Shown here: positions 26,406-34,362 of the stretch, one piece after another
How positions within the stretch are numbered: position 1 is the stretch's first letter
Layout: each line of letters starts with the position of its first letter
Assembly (NCBI GenBank): GCA_043803745.1
Contig: JAZDJS010000051.1
Span: 1 to 35,143 of the forward strand
Direction: 5' to 3'
Length of the DNA stretch: 35,143 nucleotides
Source of the DNA: an archaeon
Lineage (GTDB): Archaea; SpSt-1190; DYHY01
Translations under genes and position numbers: made by a program
The notes under the pieces: model-generated
Seen by the model: the letters and a program-made list of their open reading frames with translations, nothing else
Database searches by the model: none
What the model was told of the DNA's origin: nothing

Positions 26406-28920
26406 ATCGGTCCGGCTGCATAACTGGAGGAGCCACGAAAGGAGCGAATTCAAGTTCTCCCCGGGAACGAACGTCCTGCTCGGGATAATGGGCTCGGGAA
26501 AGAGCAGCCTGGTTTCCGCGATCGTTTTCGCATTCTTTGGGGAAACTCCCGACACCCGGGCGAGGCGGGCAAAGCTTGACGACCTGGTGCGGACGGGAGC
26601 GGAAAGCGCGGAAGTAGAGCTGGCATTTTCAGTTTCCGGGAGGAAGCACACAATACTCCGGGAAATTTCCCGGGGGAAAGGCTCGTCAAACGCGGAACTG
26701 CGCTCCGAGGGAAAGCTTGTCGAGGGACCCCTCCCGGCAAAAGTCACCGGGGCAATTGAAAGCCTGACCGGGCTCGACTATTCCCTTTTCAACCAGGCAG
26801 TCTATCTCGAGCAGAACCAAATCGATTCCTTCCTCTGGGCCGGAAAGGGCGGACGGCGGGGGCTGCTTGACGGGTTTTTCGGGATCGAGAAAATCGAGGA
26901 TGCGCGGAAGACGCTCTTAACCGTGACCGCGAAATTCAGGACCGAGGCGGAAATACTCGGGAGGGAAAATTTTTCCGAGAAGCTTGCCGCCAAAAAAAAC
27001 GAACTTGCCCTGGAAGAGGCCGCGCTTGCGGAAAGCAAGGGCTCCCTTGAAGGAGCAGCGGAGGAATTCTCTAGAGTTTCCGCCGAACTCGGAAGAATTT
27101 CAGTTCAAGTCCGCGAAATCGAAGGCAAAATACGGGATTCCGGACGGCTGAACGAACGGGCGCGAACGTTGCAGGAGAGAGTTCGCGGTCTTGAAGAAAA
27201 GCTCGCCAAGCACGGGGGGAAAACAGGGACGCCCGATTCTGAAGCTGAACTTGCCGCCCTTGAGGCTGCCCGGGCGCGAGCCGAAAAGCTCGCAAGGGAA
27301 CGGGCCGGTCTCCTGGCCAGAAAAACGGTTGCCGGAAAACGGATTGAGACGCTTTCGGCAAAACTTGCCGAGTTTCTTCCCGAAATCGCGGCCGGGCAAG
27401 CGGAGAACGACCTGAAGGAAGCCGAACGCGAGCTCCTTGAAAATTCCTCGGAACTTTCGGATTGCAAGAGGGAACTTGCCCGGATTGAAGCTGCAGAAAG
27501 AAGGATTTCCGAGCTTGAAAAACTCCTGAAAAAGGATGCCGGGGAGAAATACCACGAGCTTGCGGGGAAAATCTCGGAACTTTCGGGAAAGATTTCCTCA
27601 ACCGAGCGGGAACTCGCGGAAATTTCGGCTTCCCTTGAGCTTGTTGGTTCGAAGGAGAAAGCGGAATGCCCGGTCTGCGGCTCGAGGCTGACGCACGAGA
27701 AATTCTGCGAAATAAGGGCGGACAAGGCGCGCAGAAAAGAGCTGCTTGAACACGAGCTTTCAAAGACGACGATTGAGGAGGCAGCCTCCGAGAAAGCCCT
27801 CATTGGGGCGAAGCGCGATTTCGAGGCAGCTTCGAAGATTGAAGCGGAGCTTTCGGAACTTGGGAAAATCGTTTCTAGGAAGGGCTCCCTTGAAAAAAAG
27901 GTCCCCTTGCTTGAGGGATGCTTTCAGGAAGCGAAGAACAGGAAAGAGTCCTGCGAAAAATCCCTTGGCAACGCGAGGGAGGCGAGAAAGCTGAGAACCG
28001 AGCTTTCCGAGCAGGAGGGCGAGTCCCGAGGAATAGAAACCGAGCTGGAAAAGACGCGTGACGAGCTTGCGTCCTTGCCGGACCTTGGGAAAATCGCGCG
28101 GGAGATTTCCGAGAAAAGAGCTCTTGCCGAAGCATACAGAATCTCAGCCGAAGCAACCCAGACAAGAAAAGACGCGGAAGAAGCTGAGGCCGCCGCCAGG
28201 AAAATCTCAACCGGCTTCAGCGAAGGAGAGCTTCCGAAGCTCAGGGACGTTTCGGAAGGGCTTTCCAGGAAAACCGGCTCGCTGCAGTACGCGCTCAAGG
28301 AGCTGCCCGGGAAGATTTCAGCGGGAGAGTCCCGCATAATGAGGCTTGGCGGGGAACTTTCCGAGGTCGAGGAGAAGGGGCTGCGGAAGGAACGCATCCA
28401 GGCAGCGCTCGACCTCTCGAAACAGATTGACCGCGCGCTCAAGGAAACCGAGCAGATTCTCAGGAACGAAACAATTTCGGAAATAAATTCGGCCCTTGCC
28501 TCCTTCTGGAGGCTCCTCTATCCCTACGGCAACTATTCCTCCGCCCGCCTCTCAACCGAGGAGAACGACTACATACTCGAACTGCTTTCCGGGAACGCCT
28601 GGCAGCCTGCCGAGCGAATTGCTTCCGGCGGGGAAAAATCAATCGGCTGTCTTGCGCTGAGAATCGCTTTCTCGAAAACCCTTGCCCCCGGAACAGGCCT
28701 TCTAATTTTTGACGAGCCGACGCACAATCTCGATTCGAACGCAATCTCCTTGATGACCGGGGTTTTTCGGGAGGGGATTTCGGAAATAGCCCCCCAGGCA
28801 ATCCTCATTACGCACGAAGAAGCCCTTGAGGCCGCCGCGACAGGAAATTGCTACAGGCTTGAGCGCGAAGGAGCGAACCAAGCGACCGTTGTCACTGCCT
28901 TGGATGAAGGGGAACGCTGA
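26392..28920 (+). CDS. rad50: DNA double-strand break repair ATPase Rad50
   Basis: Walker A GIMGSGKSS, Q-loop, coiled coils, zinc hook CPVCG, signature SGGE, Walker B IFDEPT and ITHE. Confidence 0.94.
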   Translation: MLEIESVRLHNWRSHERSEFKFSPGTNVLLGIMGSGKSSLVSAIVFAFFGETPDTRARRAKLDDLVRTGAESAEVELAFSVSGRKHTILREISRGKGSSNAELRSEGKLVEGPLPAKVTGAIESLTGLDYSLFNQAVYLEQNQIDSFLWAGKGGRRGLLDGFFGIEKIEDARKTLLTVTAKFRTEAEILGRENFSEKLAAKKNELALEEAALAESKGSLEGAAEEFSRVSAELGRISVQVREIEGKIRDSGRLNERARTLQERVRGLEEKLAKHGGKTGTPDSEAELAALEAARARAEKLARERAGLLARKTVAGKRIETLSAKLAEFLPEIAAGQAENDLKEAERELLENSSELSDCKRELARIEAAERRISELEKLLKKDAGEKYHELAGKISELSGKISSTERELAEISASLELVGSKEKAECPVCGSRLTHEKFCEIRADKARRKELLEHELSKTTIEEAASEKALIGAKRDFEAASKIEAELSELGKIVSRKGSLEKKVPLLEGCFQEAKNRKESCEKSLGNAREARKLRTELSEQEGESRGIETELEKTRDELASLPDLGKIAREISEKRALAEAYRISAEATQTRKDAEEAEAAARKISTGFSEGELPKLRDVSEGLSRKTGSLQYALKELPGKISAGESRIMRLGGELSEVEEKGLRKERIQAALDLSKQIDRALKETEQILRNETISEINSALASFWRLLYPYGNYSSARLSTEENDYILELLSGNAWQPAERIASGGEKSIGCLALRIAFSKTLAPGTGLLIFDEPTHNLDSNAISLMTGVFREGISEIAPQAILITHEEALEAAATGNCYRLEREGANQATVVTALDEGER

Positions 28921-28926
28921 ACTCGC

Positions 28927-29454
28927 TCATCCGAGAACCTCAAGAATCCTCTGCCCGAACTTTCCAGCCGCCTCAGGTCCGCTCGCAGTAACGATTATCC
29001 CGTCCCTGACAACCTCCGTCGGAAGGAAAGTTGCGCCGCCTTCCTTCAGGATTTCAATTGCCTTCTTGTCAAGCACGCTCGACCATACCGTTGCCTTCCG
29101 GCCCTTCAGAATTCCCGCCTTCGCGAGGATTGCCGGAGCCAGGCAGATTGCTGCGACAAGTTTTTTCTCAAGGAAAAACTGGCCAATCAAGCCCAGGAGC
29201 TCCTCGGATTCCCAGAGTGCCGGCGTGCCGGAGCCCCCGGCAATAACAAGCCCCTGGTAGAAGAACGGCTTCACCTCCGAAACCTTGAGGGCAGGCATCA
29301 CCTTCGCCCCGAACATACCGGTGCAGAGCTTCCGGTCAATTGAGCAGGTCACGACCTGGTGACCGGCCGCTTCCAGGATTTTCTTTGGAGCCTCGTATTC
29401 CTCGTCCCTGAAATTTGCCGGCGCAATTACGAAAAGGATTTTTTTGCCTGCCAT
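28927..29454 (-). CDS. DJ-1/PfpI family protein
   Basis: MAGKKILFVIA..FRDEE, IAGG, AAICLAP, G.KAT and DG.IVTA.GP. Start at ATG 29454. Confidence 0.92.
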   Translation of the reverse strand: MAGKKILFVIAPANFRDEEYEAPKKILEAAGHQVVTCSIDRKLCTGMFGAKVMPALKVSEVKPFFYQGLVIAGGSGTPALWESEELLGLIGQFFLEKKLVAAICLAPAILAKAGILKGRKATVWSSVLDKKAIEILKEGGATFLPTEVVRDGIIVTASGPEAAGKFGQRILEVLG

Positions 29455-29512
29455 GGCAGTATTCAGGATTGCGTGAATATAAAGAAAGTGGCTTTTCGAG
29501 GGCGGAGAAATC

Positions 29513-29678
29513 GGTTGCGGCGCAGTCGGATTCCCGCTCCCGGAAGAACCGGACCTTGCTTTGACGCGGGGGCCTCGGCGGCGTGAGGAAGTGCGCCCCT
29601 CACATGAACTACCTGGCCCGACTGCAGCCAGTTTACTGAATCGCGAAAGCCGTCGGCCTTTATGGCGGGGCATTTGAC
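29513..29678 (+). ncRNA. Candidate structured RNA or IS200/IS605-end-like relic
   Basis: Closing helix GCAGTCGG/CCGACTGC encloses two stems. TATAAA at 29478. The 3' part resembles IS605-type right ends. Family not identified. Confidence 0.35.
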
Positions 29679-29689
29679 GGGCGGGCAGT

Positions 29690-30502
29690 TCAGCCTCTTC
29701 TGAATGGCCTTGGCGCGTCGGTTGCGGTCTTTCCCCCATCAACCAGTATATCCGTTCCGGTTATGAAAGAGGATTTGCTCGACAGGAGAAATGACACGAC
29801 GTTCGCGATTTCCGAAACGGTTGCGACCCGTCCCAGTGGATAATCCTCGGAAAAGCTCCGGATCCACTTGTCCAATTCAACTCCCTTTCTTTTTCCCTCC
29901 GAATTCTCAATCCGGACGAATCCGGGGGAGACCGAGTTGCAGCGTATTTTCGGGGCAAAGTCGATTGCAATCGATTTTGTCAGGTTGAGTATTGCCGCCT
30001 TGGTTGTGCAGTAAACCGCCTCGTTTTTCCCGGCGCTATGGCCCCAAACAGAGGAAATATTCACAATCGAGCCGCCTCGCCCGTTTTCAAGCATCTTCGG
30101 TATTGAGTGTTTTGCGAAAAGGAAATACCCGCCCAAGTTCACATCAATTATCCTTTTCCAGACGAGGGTGTCGAGCTCCACCACGTTCCGGTGCATGTCG
30201 CCCTCATAGCTTGCAGCGCAGTTGACAAGATAGTCGATTCTGCCGAATGATTTGGCAGTTTTTTCAACAGCGGCAATCACCTGCTTTTCATCCGAAACAT
30301 CGCATTTTATGAAAATCGCATTTCCTCCGGATTTGACAATCCTTTCCGCAGTTTCCCTTCCACTTTTCTCGTTCACATCAATTACCGAAACGCAGTTCCC
30401 CTCCTTCGAGAGCTGAAAGCAGATTTCAGAACCTATCGAGGGGCCACCTGTCTTATATCCGACGGCGCCCCCGGTAACTATCGCAACAGTATTCTTTCCC
30501 AT
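29690..30502 (-). CDS. Short-chain dehydrogenase/reductase (SDR)
   Basis: TGG...IG with a short insertion, CDVS, VNCA, NISS, YCTTK, NSVSPG and TG...VDGG. Confidence 0.93.
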   Translation of the reverse strand: MGKNTVAIVTGGAVGYKTGGPSIGSEICFQLSKEGNCVSVIDVNEKSGRETAERIVKSGGNAIFIKCDVSDEKQVIAAVEKTAKSFGRIDYLVNCAASYEGDMHRNVVELDTLVWKRIIDVNLGGYFLFAKHSIPKMLENGRGGSIVNISSVWGHSAGKNEAVYCTTKAAILNLTKSIAIDFAPKIRCNSVSPGFVRIENSEGKRKGVELDKWIRSFSEDYPLGRVATVSEIANVVSFLLSSKSSFITGTDILVDGGKTATDAPRPFRRG

Positions 30503-30646
30503 TCCAACATTCTCGAGTTCCCTTCTTTAAAGCCCCCCCTCAGTTTTCCGGTAAGTTCCCCCCGGGAGAGAAATGAGCAAAGGGCCGCAGGCTGCCGAAC
30601 GAGCGCTACGCAAGATTATTAATCCTCGAAAACTCACGATGGAAGG

Positions 30647-32017
30647 ATGGCTGCCAGAACAACCATGAAGGCCTTCCTAACTGCGCTAGTAATTCTCGCG
30701 GTCGCGGGTTCGCTGGTTTTTCTTGCCGTAAATAACCACGAGGCCGTGTTGGATGGCGGGATTTGCAAGGGGTGCAACATCGTTCTTGTTACTGTGGATT
30801 CGCTCAGGTACGACCGGCTGGGCTGCTACGGATACCCGAAGGGAACGAGCCCAAACACGGATTCCATATGCGCCAATTCGGTTGTCTTCGACAGCGCAAT
30901 CTCCCAGTCGACATGGACAAAGCCGGCACTTGCCTCCCTCATGACCTCCAAATACGTCAGCGAGCATCACGTTGTCGGACGCCCCGGAGATGATGATGAA
31001 GGAGACCTGCAAGTGCTGCCCGAATCCGAGACAACCCTGGCGGAGATTTTCAGGGGAAGGGGATATTCAACCGCAGCTTTCTTTGCCAACGGGATGATAG
31101 GCGACGGATCCGGATTCGACCAGGGATTTGACGTCTTCTATTCCCCGAATGTGGAAATCTCCTGGGAAGACGCCTGGGACGAGAACGTCACCGACAGGGC
31201 AGTCTCATGGCTCGGCGAAAGGGAAGGGCCCGGGAAATTCCTCCTCCAAATTCACTACATCTCCCCCCATGCTGACTACGAACCGCCCTCCGGATTCATG
31301 AAAGTTGCAGGACCTGACGCTCCTGAGGGAAGCTACAATTTCTCAGGCAAGCACCAAGACGATCTTTTTTACGCAAACCTGACCGGCCCCGACTTGGAAG
31401 AGCTTTCTGCCAGGTATGATGGCGAGGTCCGCTTCCTGGATAGTCAGATAGGACGGCTCCTTGAGAAGCTGAACGAGATTGGGGCGGGAAACAGGACCAT
31501 TTTCGTCATCACATCTGTGAGCGGGGAGCTCTTGGGGGAGCAGAAAGGTAAGGACGGAGCCAGGATATTCGGCCACGGTCACATGGTTCCCGAGGTCGTT
31601 TATGTTCCTCTGATAGTTGCATATCCCGGTTTGCAGGGCACCCTGAGGCGCGGAAATGTTGCCGAGCTCGTTGACATCCTGCCGACCCTACTTTCCCTTT
31701 CCGCCGGCGGGAATGAGAACGACCGCCCCGTTTTTTCGGGCGCAAACCTTTTCCGCGGAAAGGAATCCGGGTTTTCCGACAGCGTCTTCGTTCCGGGCTC
31801 ACGCCTGCTGGGGATTGCTGAAGAGGGAAAAATGATCGCCTATTTCTGCAGCGTTCTCAATTCCGAAGGCCCGGAAACAAGCGGTTTTTCACGCGCCTCA
31901 GACGGAACCTGGATCAGGAACGAGTCTCTCGGGGCGCCGCAGGATTTTGACCTCAGGAAGGAAATGTATTTTTCGAAAGGCGAACTGATTGACGGATACA
32001 ATTTTGTGGACTGCTGA
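30647..32017 (+). CDS. Membrane-anchored sulfatase-like (alkaline phosphatase superfamily) protein with degenerate active site
   Basis: N-terminal TM helix. VDSLRYD, WTKPALASLMT, GFDQGFD, PH..Y.PP, YDGEV..LD, VPL and DILPTLL. TSVSGE replaces TSDHGE. Confidence 0.85.
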   Translation: MAARTTMKAFLTALVILAVAGSLVFLAVNNHEAVLDGGICKGCNIVLVTVDSLRYDRLGCYGYPKGTSPNTDSICANSVVFDSAISQSTWTKPALASLMTSKYVSEHHVVGRPGDDDEGDLQVLPESETTLAEIFRGRGYSTAAFFANGMIGDGSGFDQGFDVFYSPNVEISWEDAWDENVTDRAVSWLGEREGPGKFLLQIHYISPHADYEPPSGFMKVAGPDAPEGSYNFSGKHQDDLFYANLTGPDLEELSARYDGEVRFLDSQIGRLLEKLNEIGAGNRTIFVITSVSGELLGEQKGKDGARIFGHGHMVPEVVYVPLIVAYPGLQGTLRRGNVAELVDILPTLLSLSAGGNENDRPVFSGANLFRGKESGFSDSVFVPGSRLLGIAEEGKMIAYFCSVLNSEGPETSGFSRASDGTWIRNESLGAPQDFDLRKEMYFSKGELIDGYNFVDC

Positions 32018-32019
32018 AT

Positions 32020-32039
32020 TTTTTGTCCGCGGACAAAAA
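32020..32039. repeat. Perfect 20-bp palindrome, possibly a terminator or binding site
   Basis: TTTTTGTCCG|CGGACAAAAA directly after the sulfatase-like stop codon. Confidence 0.8.
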
Positions 32040-32062
32040 TCCTCCTCAGAGGACCTCCCGCG

Positions 32063-32113
32063 GCCACCAGTGGAATTTCCCTCCCGGACTTCGCTAACGC
32101 TCAGGAATCCACG
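32063..32113 (-). repeat. Diverged copy of the tRNA-Thr(UGU) T-arm and acceptor 3' strand with a 26-nt T-loop insert
   Basis: Minus strand reads CGTGGA TTC [insert 32079-32104] AAAT TCCAC TGGTGGC. The tRNA reads CGTGGG TTC AAAT CCCAC TGGTGGC. Confidence 0.75.
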
Positions 32114-32166
32114 TCAAGACTCTTTCTTCCCGTGAACGGCTTCTTTCTTTGAGAAAGAAGGGGCTC

Positions 32167-32181
32167 TGGAGTCACCAGTGG
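32167..32181 (-). repeat. Copy of the tRNA-Thr(UGU) 3' end including CCA
   Basis: Minus strand reads CCACTGGTGACTCCA. The tRNA reads CCACTGGTGGCTCC(T). Confidence 0.7.
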
Positions 32182-32237
32182 CTGAGCAACCATACAATGA
32201 AAGAGCGAAGTCCGGTGGAGACTGACCGAAGGGAAGG

Positions 32238-32310
32238 AGCCACCAGTGGGATTTGAACCCACGACCTGCGGTTTACAAAACCGCCGCTCTGCCAGCTGAG
32301 CTATGGTGGC
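32238..32310 (-). tRNA. tRNA-Thr (UGU)
   Basis: Cloverleaf: GCCACCA/TGGTGGC, GCTC/GAGC, GCGGT-TT TGT AA-ACCGC, GTGGG-TTCAAAT-CCCAC, U73. Confidence 0.97.
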
Positions 32311-32528
32311 GTGCTCTTCAGAGCACGGCACACACCCTCTTCGGAGGGTGGTGGTGTAACGAAGTTTTCGCACTTCGTTCCCATTTTCGTTACGCACTTC
32401 CTCGGACTTTTGGTCCTTGTCAGGCGTTTTTCACGCACTTCGCCGGTCTGCTGCCCGTCTCAAGCACTGCTTTTTTGCAGGAGACCCCCCTATTTTAAAA
32501 ACCTGCCCCTTCGCCGCGCTTCCTAGAA

Positions 32529-33284
32529 ATGGTTGAACTCGGAGAATCCTTCCTTATTGTCGATGAGCAGACGAGGGACGCATTCCTCTCCCGGCTCTCG
32601 GCGAAGACGAGAATCCAGACCGGGCACGGGTTCGTTGATGCGGAAAGGCTTTCCAAAAGCAGTTTCGGGGAGACTATCCAGTCCTCCACAAGGGACAACT
32701 TCATCCTCCTCAGGCCCGAGCTTCCGGATTTTATCGAGAAGCTCAGAAGGGGTCCCCAGATAATAACGATTAAGGACATTTCCTCGATTGCCGGCTACTG
32801 CGGGGTTTCCCCCGGGAAGAAAGTTGTCGAGGGCGGCGGCGGCTCGGGAGCTGCAACGATTTTCCTCGCCAACCTCGTTGGAAGCGAGGGAAAGGTCCAC
32901 ACCTACGAGATACGGGAGGATTTCTTTTCCCTTGTGCGGGACAACTTGGAAAGGTCGGGGCTTTCCGGGCGGGTTGAACTGAAGCTTGCGGACGTTTACG
33001 CCGGAATTGTCGAGGAGAACGTTGATGTGGTCTTGCTCGATGTTCCCGAACCCTGGCGCGCAGCCGGGCATGCGCATTCCGCCCTCAAGCTAGGGGGCTT
33101 TTTCGCCTGCTATCTTCCGACCGCGAACCAGGTAGAGCGCCTGGTTATCGAGCAGGAGTTCTTCAAGGAGTTCAGGGTTTTCACGATAATCGAATACGAC
33201 TGGCAGGTCAAGCTCGGGGCGACAAGGCCCAAGAACACCGGGCTCGTCCACACAGGGTTCATCTGCATTGCAAGGAAGCTTTGA
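32529..33284 (+). CDS. trmI: tRNA (adenine57/58-N1)-methyltransferase TrmI
   Basis: RGPQII..KD, VVEGGGGSG, YEIR, LDVPEPW, PTANQV and TRP.....HTGF. Confidence 0.93.
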   Translation: MVELGESFLIVDEQTRDAFLSRLSAKTRIQTGHGFVDAERLSKSSFGETIQSSTRDNFILLRPELPDFIEKLRRGPQIITIKDISSIAGYCGVSPGKKVVEGGGGSGAATIFLANLVGSEGKVHTYEIREDFFSLVRDNLERSGLSGRVELKLADVYAGIVEENVDVVLLDVPEPWRAAGHAHSALKLGGFFACYLPTANQVERLVIEQEFFKEFRVFTIIEYDWQVKLGATRPKNTGLVHTGFICIARKL

Positions 33285-33289
33285 GCGAG

Positions 33290-33982
33290 CTAATTTCCTG
33301 CATAATCCAACGGGGAACGATATTCCAGTTCTCCCTTGCCGCCTGAAGAAAGGGCGTACGCAGCCTCCCCGGCTTCCAAATTATCCCTCTCCCCGACGAA
33401 CTCTTTCCCGAAAGCGCCAAGAAGCGCCCCAAGCTCTCCCGCAGATTGAGGAAGGTTTCGTGCTCCGCCTTTCGCGTCCCTAATCAAGAAGAGATACTTG
33501 TCTCCGCCGCTAGCAATTTCGACCGGAGTCTTGTCCGCGAACGGAAGGGAATATCCCATTTTCGCGTAAGCTTCCAAAAGCCCCTTCAACTCTTTTCCCC
33601 CAAAAAGGCGGTTGGCCTTTACAAAAAGGAAGGAGCCGGTGTATTCGCTTCCGTCCGGAACCAGCATCGGAGCGAAAGCGGCGTCCAAATCCTTGAGCAT
33701 CCTCTGCGCAGCGCCCTTTTTCCGCGAGTCTTCCGTTGTCGCGATCCTTTCGACATATGCGTAGCTTTTGCCTGTGCCTTCAACTTCAACAACGCCGTAA
33801 ACTCCCGCAGAAACTATTTCTTCTCCGTCCTGGACTGCGAGCACGAATCTTTTCTCGCTGTCAAGTGACGCGCCAATTTCCCCGGAAGAATGCCTTCCCC
33901 CGACGCTTTTCAGAACCTTCCAAGCGTTCGGAAAAAGTGCGTCCTCGGAGGAGTTAATTAAGGCCACTTTGTAGTTGTTCAT
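33290..33982 (-). CDS. GNAT-family acetyltransferase-like protein
   Basis: Motif A-like YVERIATTEDSRKKGAA and later Y.KMGY. Confidence 0.65.
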   Translation of the reverse strand: MNNYKVALINSSEDALFPNAWKVLKSVGGRHSSGEIGASLDSEKRFVLAVQDGEEIVSAGVYGVVEVEGTGKSYAYVERIATTEDSRKKGAAQRMLKDLDAAFAPMLVPDGSEYTGSFLFVKANRLFGGKELKGLLEAYAKMGYSLPFADKTPVEIASGGDKYLFLIRDAKGGARNLPQSAGELGALLGAFGKEFVGERDNLEAGEAAYALSSGGKGELEYRSPLDYAGN

Positions 33983-34014
33983 TTTTGGTGCCCCGGTATT
34001 TTAATCCGACAACC

Positions 34015-34023
34015 TTTTATAAA
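34015..34023. promoter_or_regulatory. Probable bidirectional TATA box (GNAT gene and tRNA-Met)
   Basis: TTTTATAAA between divergent genes. Confidence 0.5.
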
Positions 34024-34084
34024 CTATTGGGACGGATGGTTCTTACCGAAGGAAAGGCGACCTTATGCCTGAGCGAAGAAAAAA

Positions 34085-34156
34085 GCCGAAGTAGCTCAGG
34101 GGTAGAGCGCGAGACTCATAATCTTGAGGTCGGGGGTTCGAGTCCCCCCTTCGGCA
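34085..34156 (+). tRNA. tRNA-Met (CAU), elongator type
   Basis: GCCGAAG/CTTCGGC, GCTC/GAGC, CGAGA-CT CAT AA-TCTTG, GGGGG-TTCGAGT-CCCCC, A73. It lacks the initiator A1-U72 pair and the 3 G-C pairs. Ile2 is not fully excluded. Confidence 0.93.
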
Positions 34157-34204
34157 CTTCGTCCTCTTCGGAGGACTCAGCCTCCGGGGATTTCGCATTC
34201 CCAA

Positions 34205-34218
34205 CCCCCTTCGGCACT
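34205..34218 (+). repeat. 14-bp duplication of the tRNA-Met 3' end
   Basis: CCCCCTTCGGCACT at 34145-34158 and 34205-34218. Confidence 0.75.
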
Positions 34219-34362
34219 CGCCCATTTTATTGAGCGTCAGTGTTGGCTCGCGCCTGCAGACCTCGCCAAATTCATTCAGAGCCATTGGCTCGGCCTTCGG
34301 CATCCAACCCAGGGCGGGATTCAAGGCGCAGGCGGCGAAGATTCCGGTTCCGGAAACCTGAA

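Noticed and set aside
29583-29603. RNase P RNA (GAGGAAGT..GCCC resembles the P4 5' strand)
   Set aside because: There is no ACAnAA-type 3' P4 partner at a suitable distance, and the motif sits inside a local hairpin.
29513-29630. 5S rRNA or SRP RNA
   Set aside because: It lacks the 5S CCGAAC/GAAGTTAAGC signatures and the SRP helix-8 GNRA tetraloop with CAGG/AGCA loop.
29455-29742. N-terminal extension of the DJ-1/PfpI ORF
   Set aside because: The sequence is not protein-like. The domain starts at ATG 29454 with a TATA box about 25 nt upstream.
12355-32310. A 20-kb integrated element bounded by the two tRNA-Thr genes (shared GTGGGATTTGAACCCACG)
   Set aside because: Both are complete tRNAs with different anticodons. 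The interval holds core housekeeping genes and no integrase.
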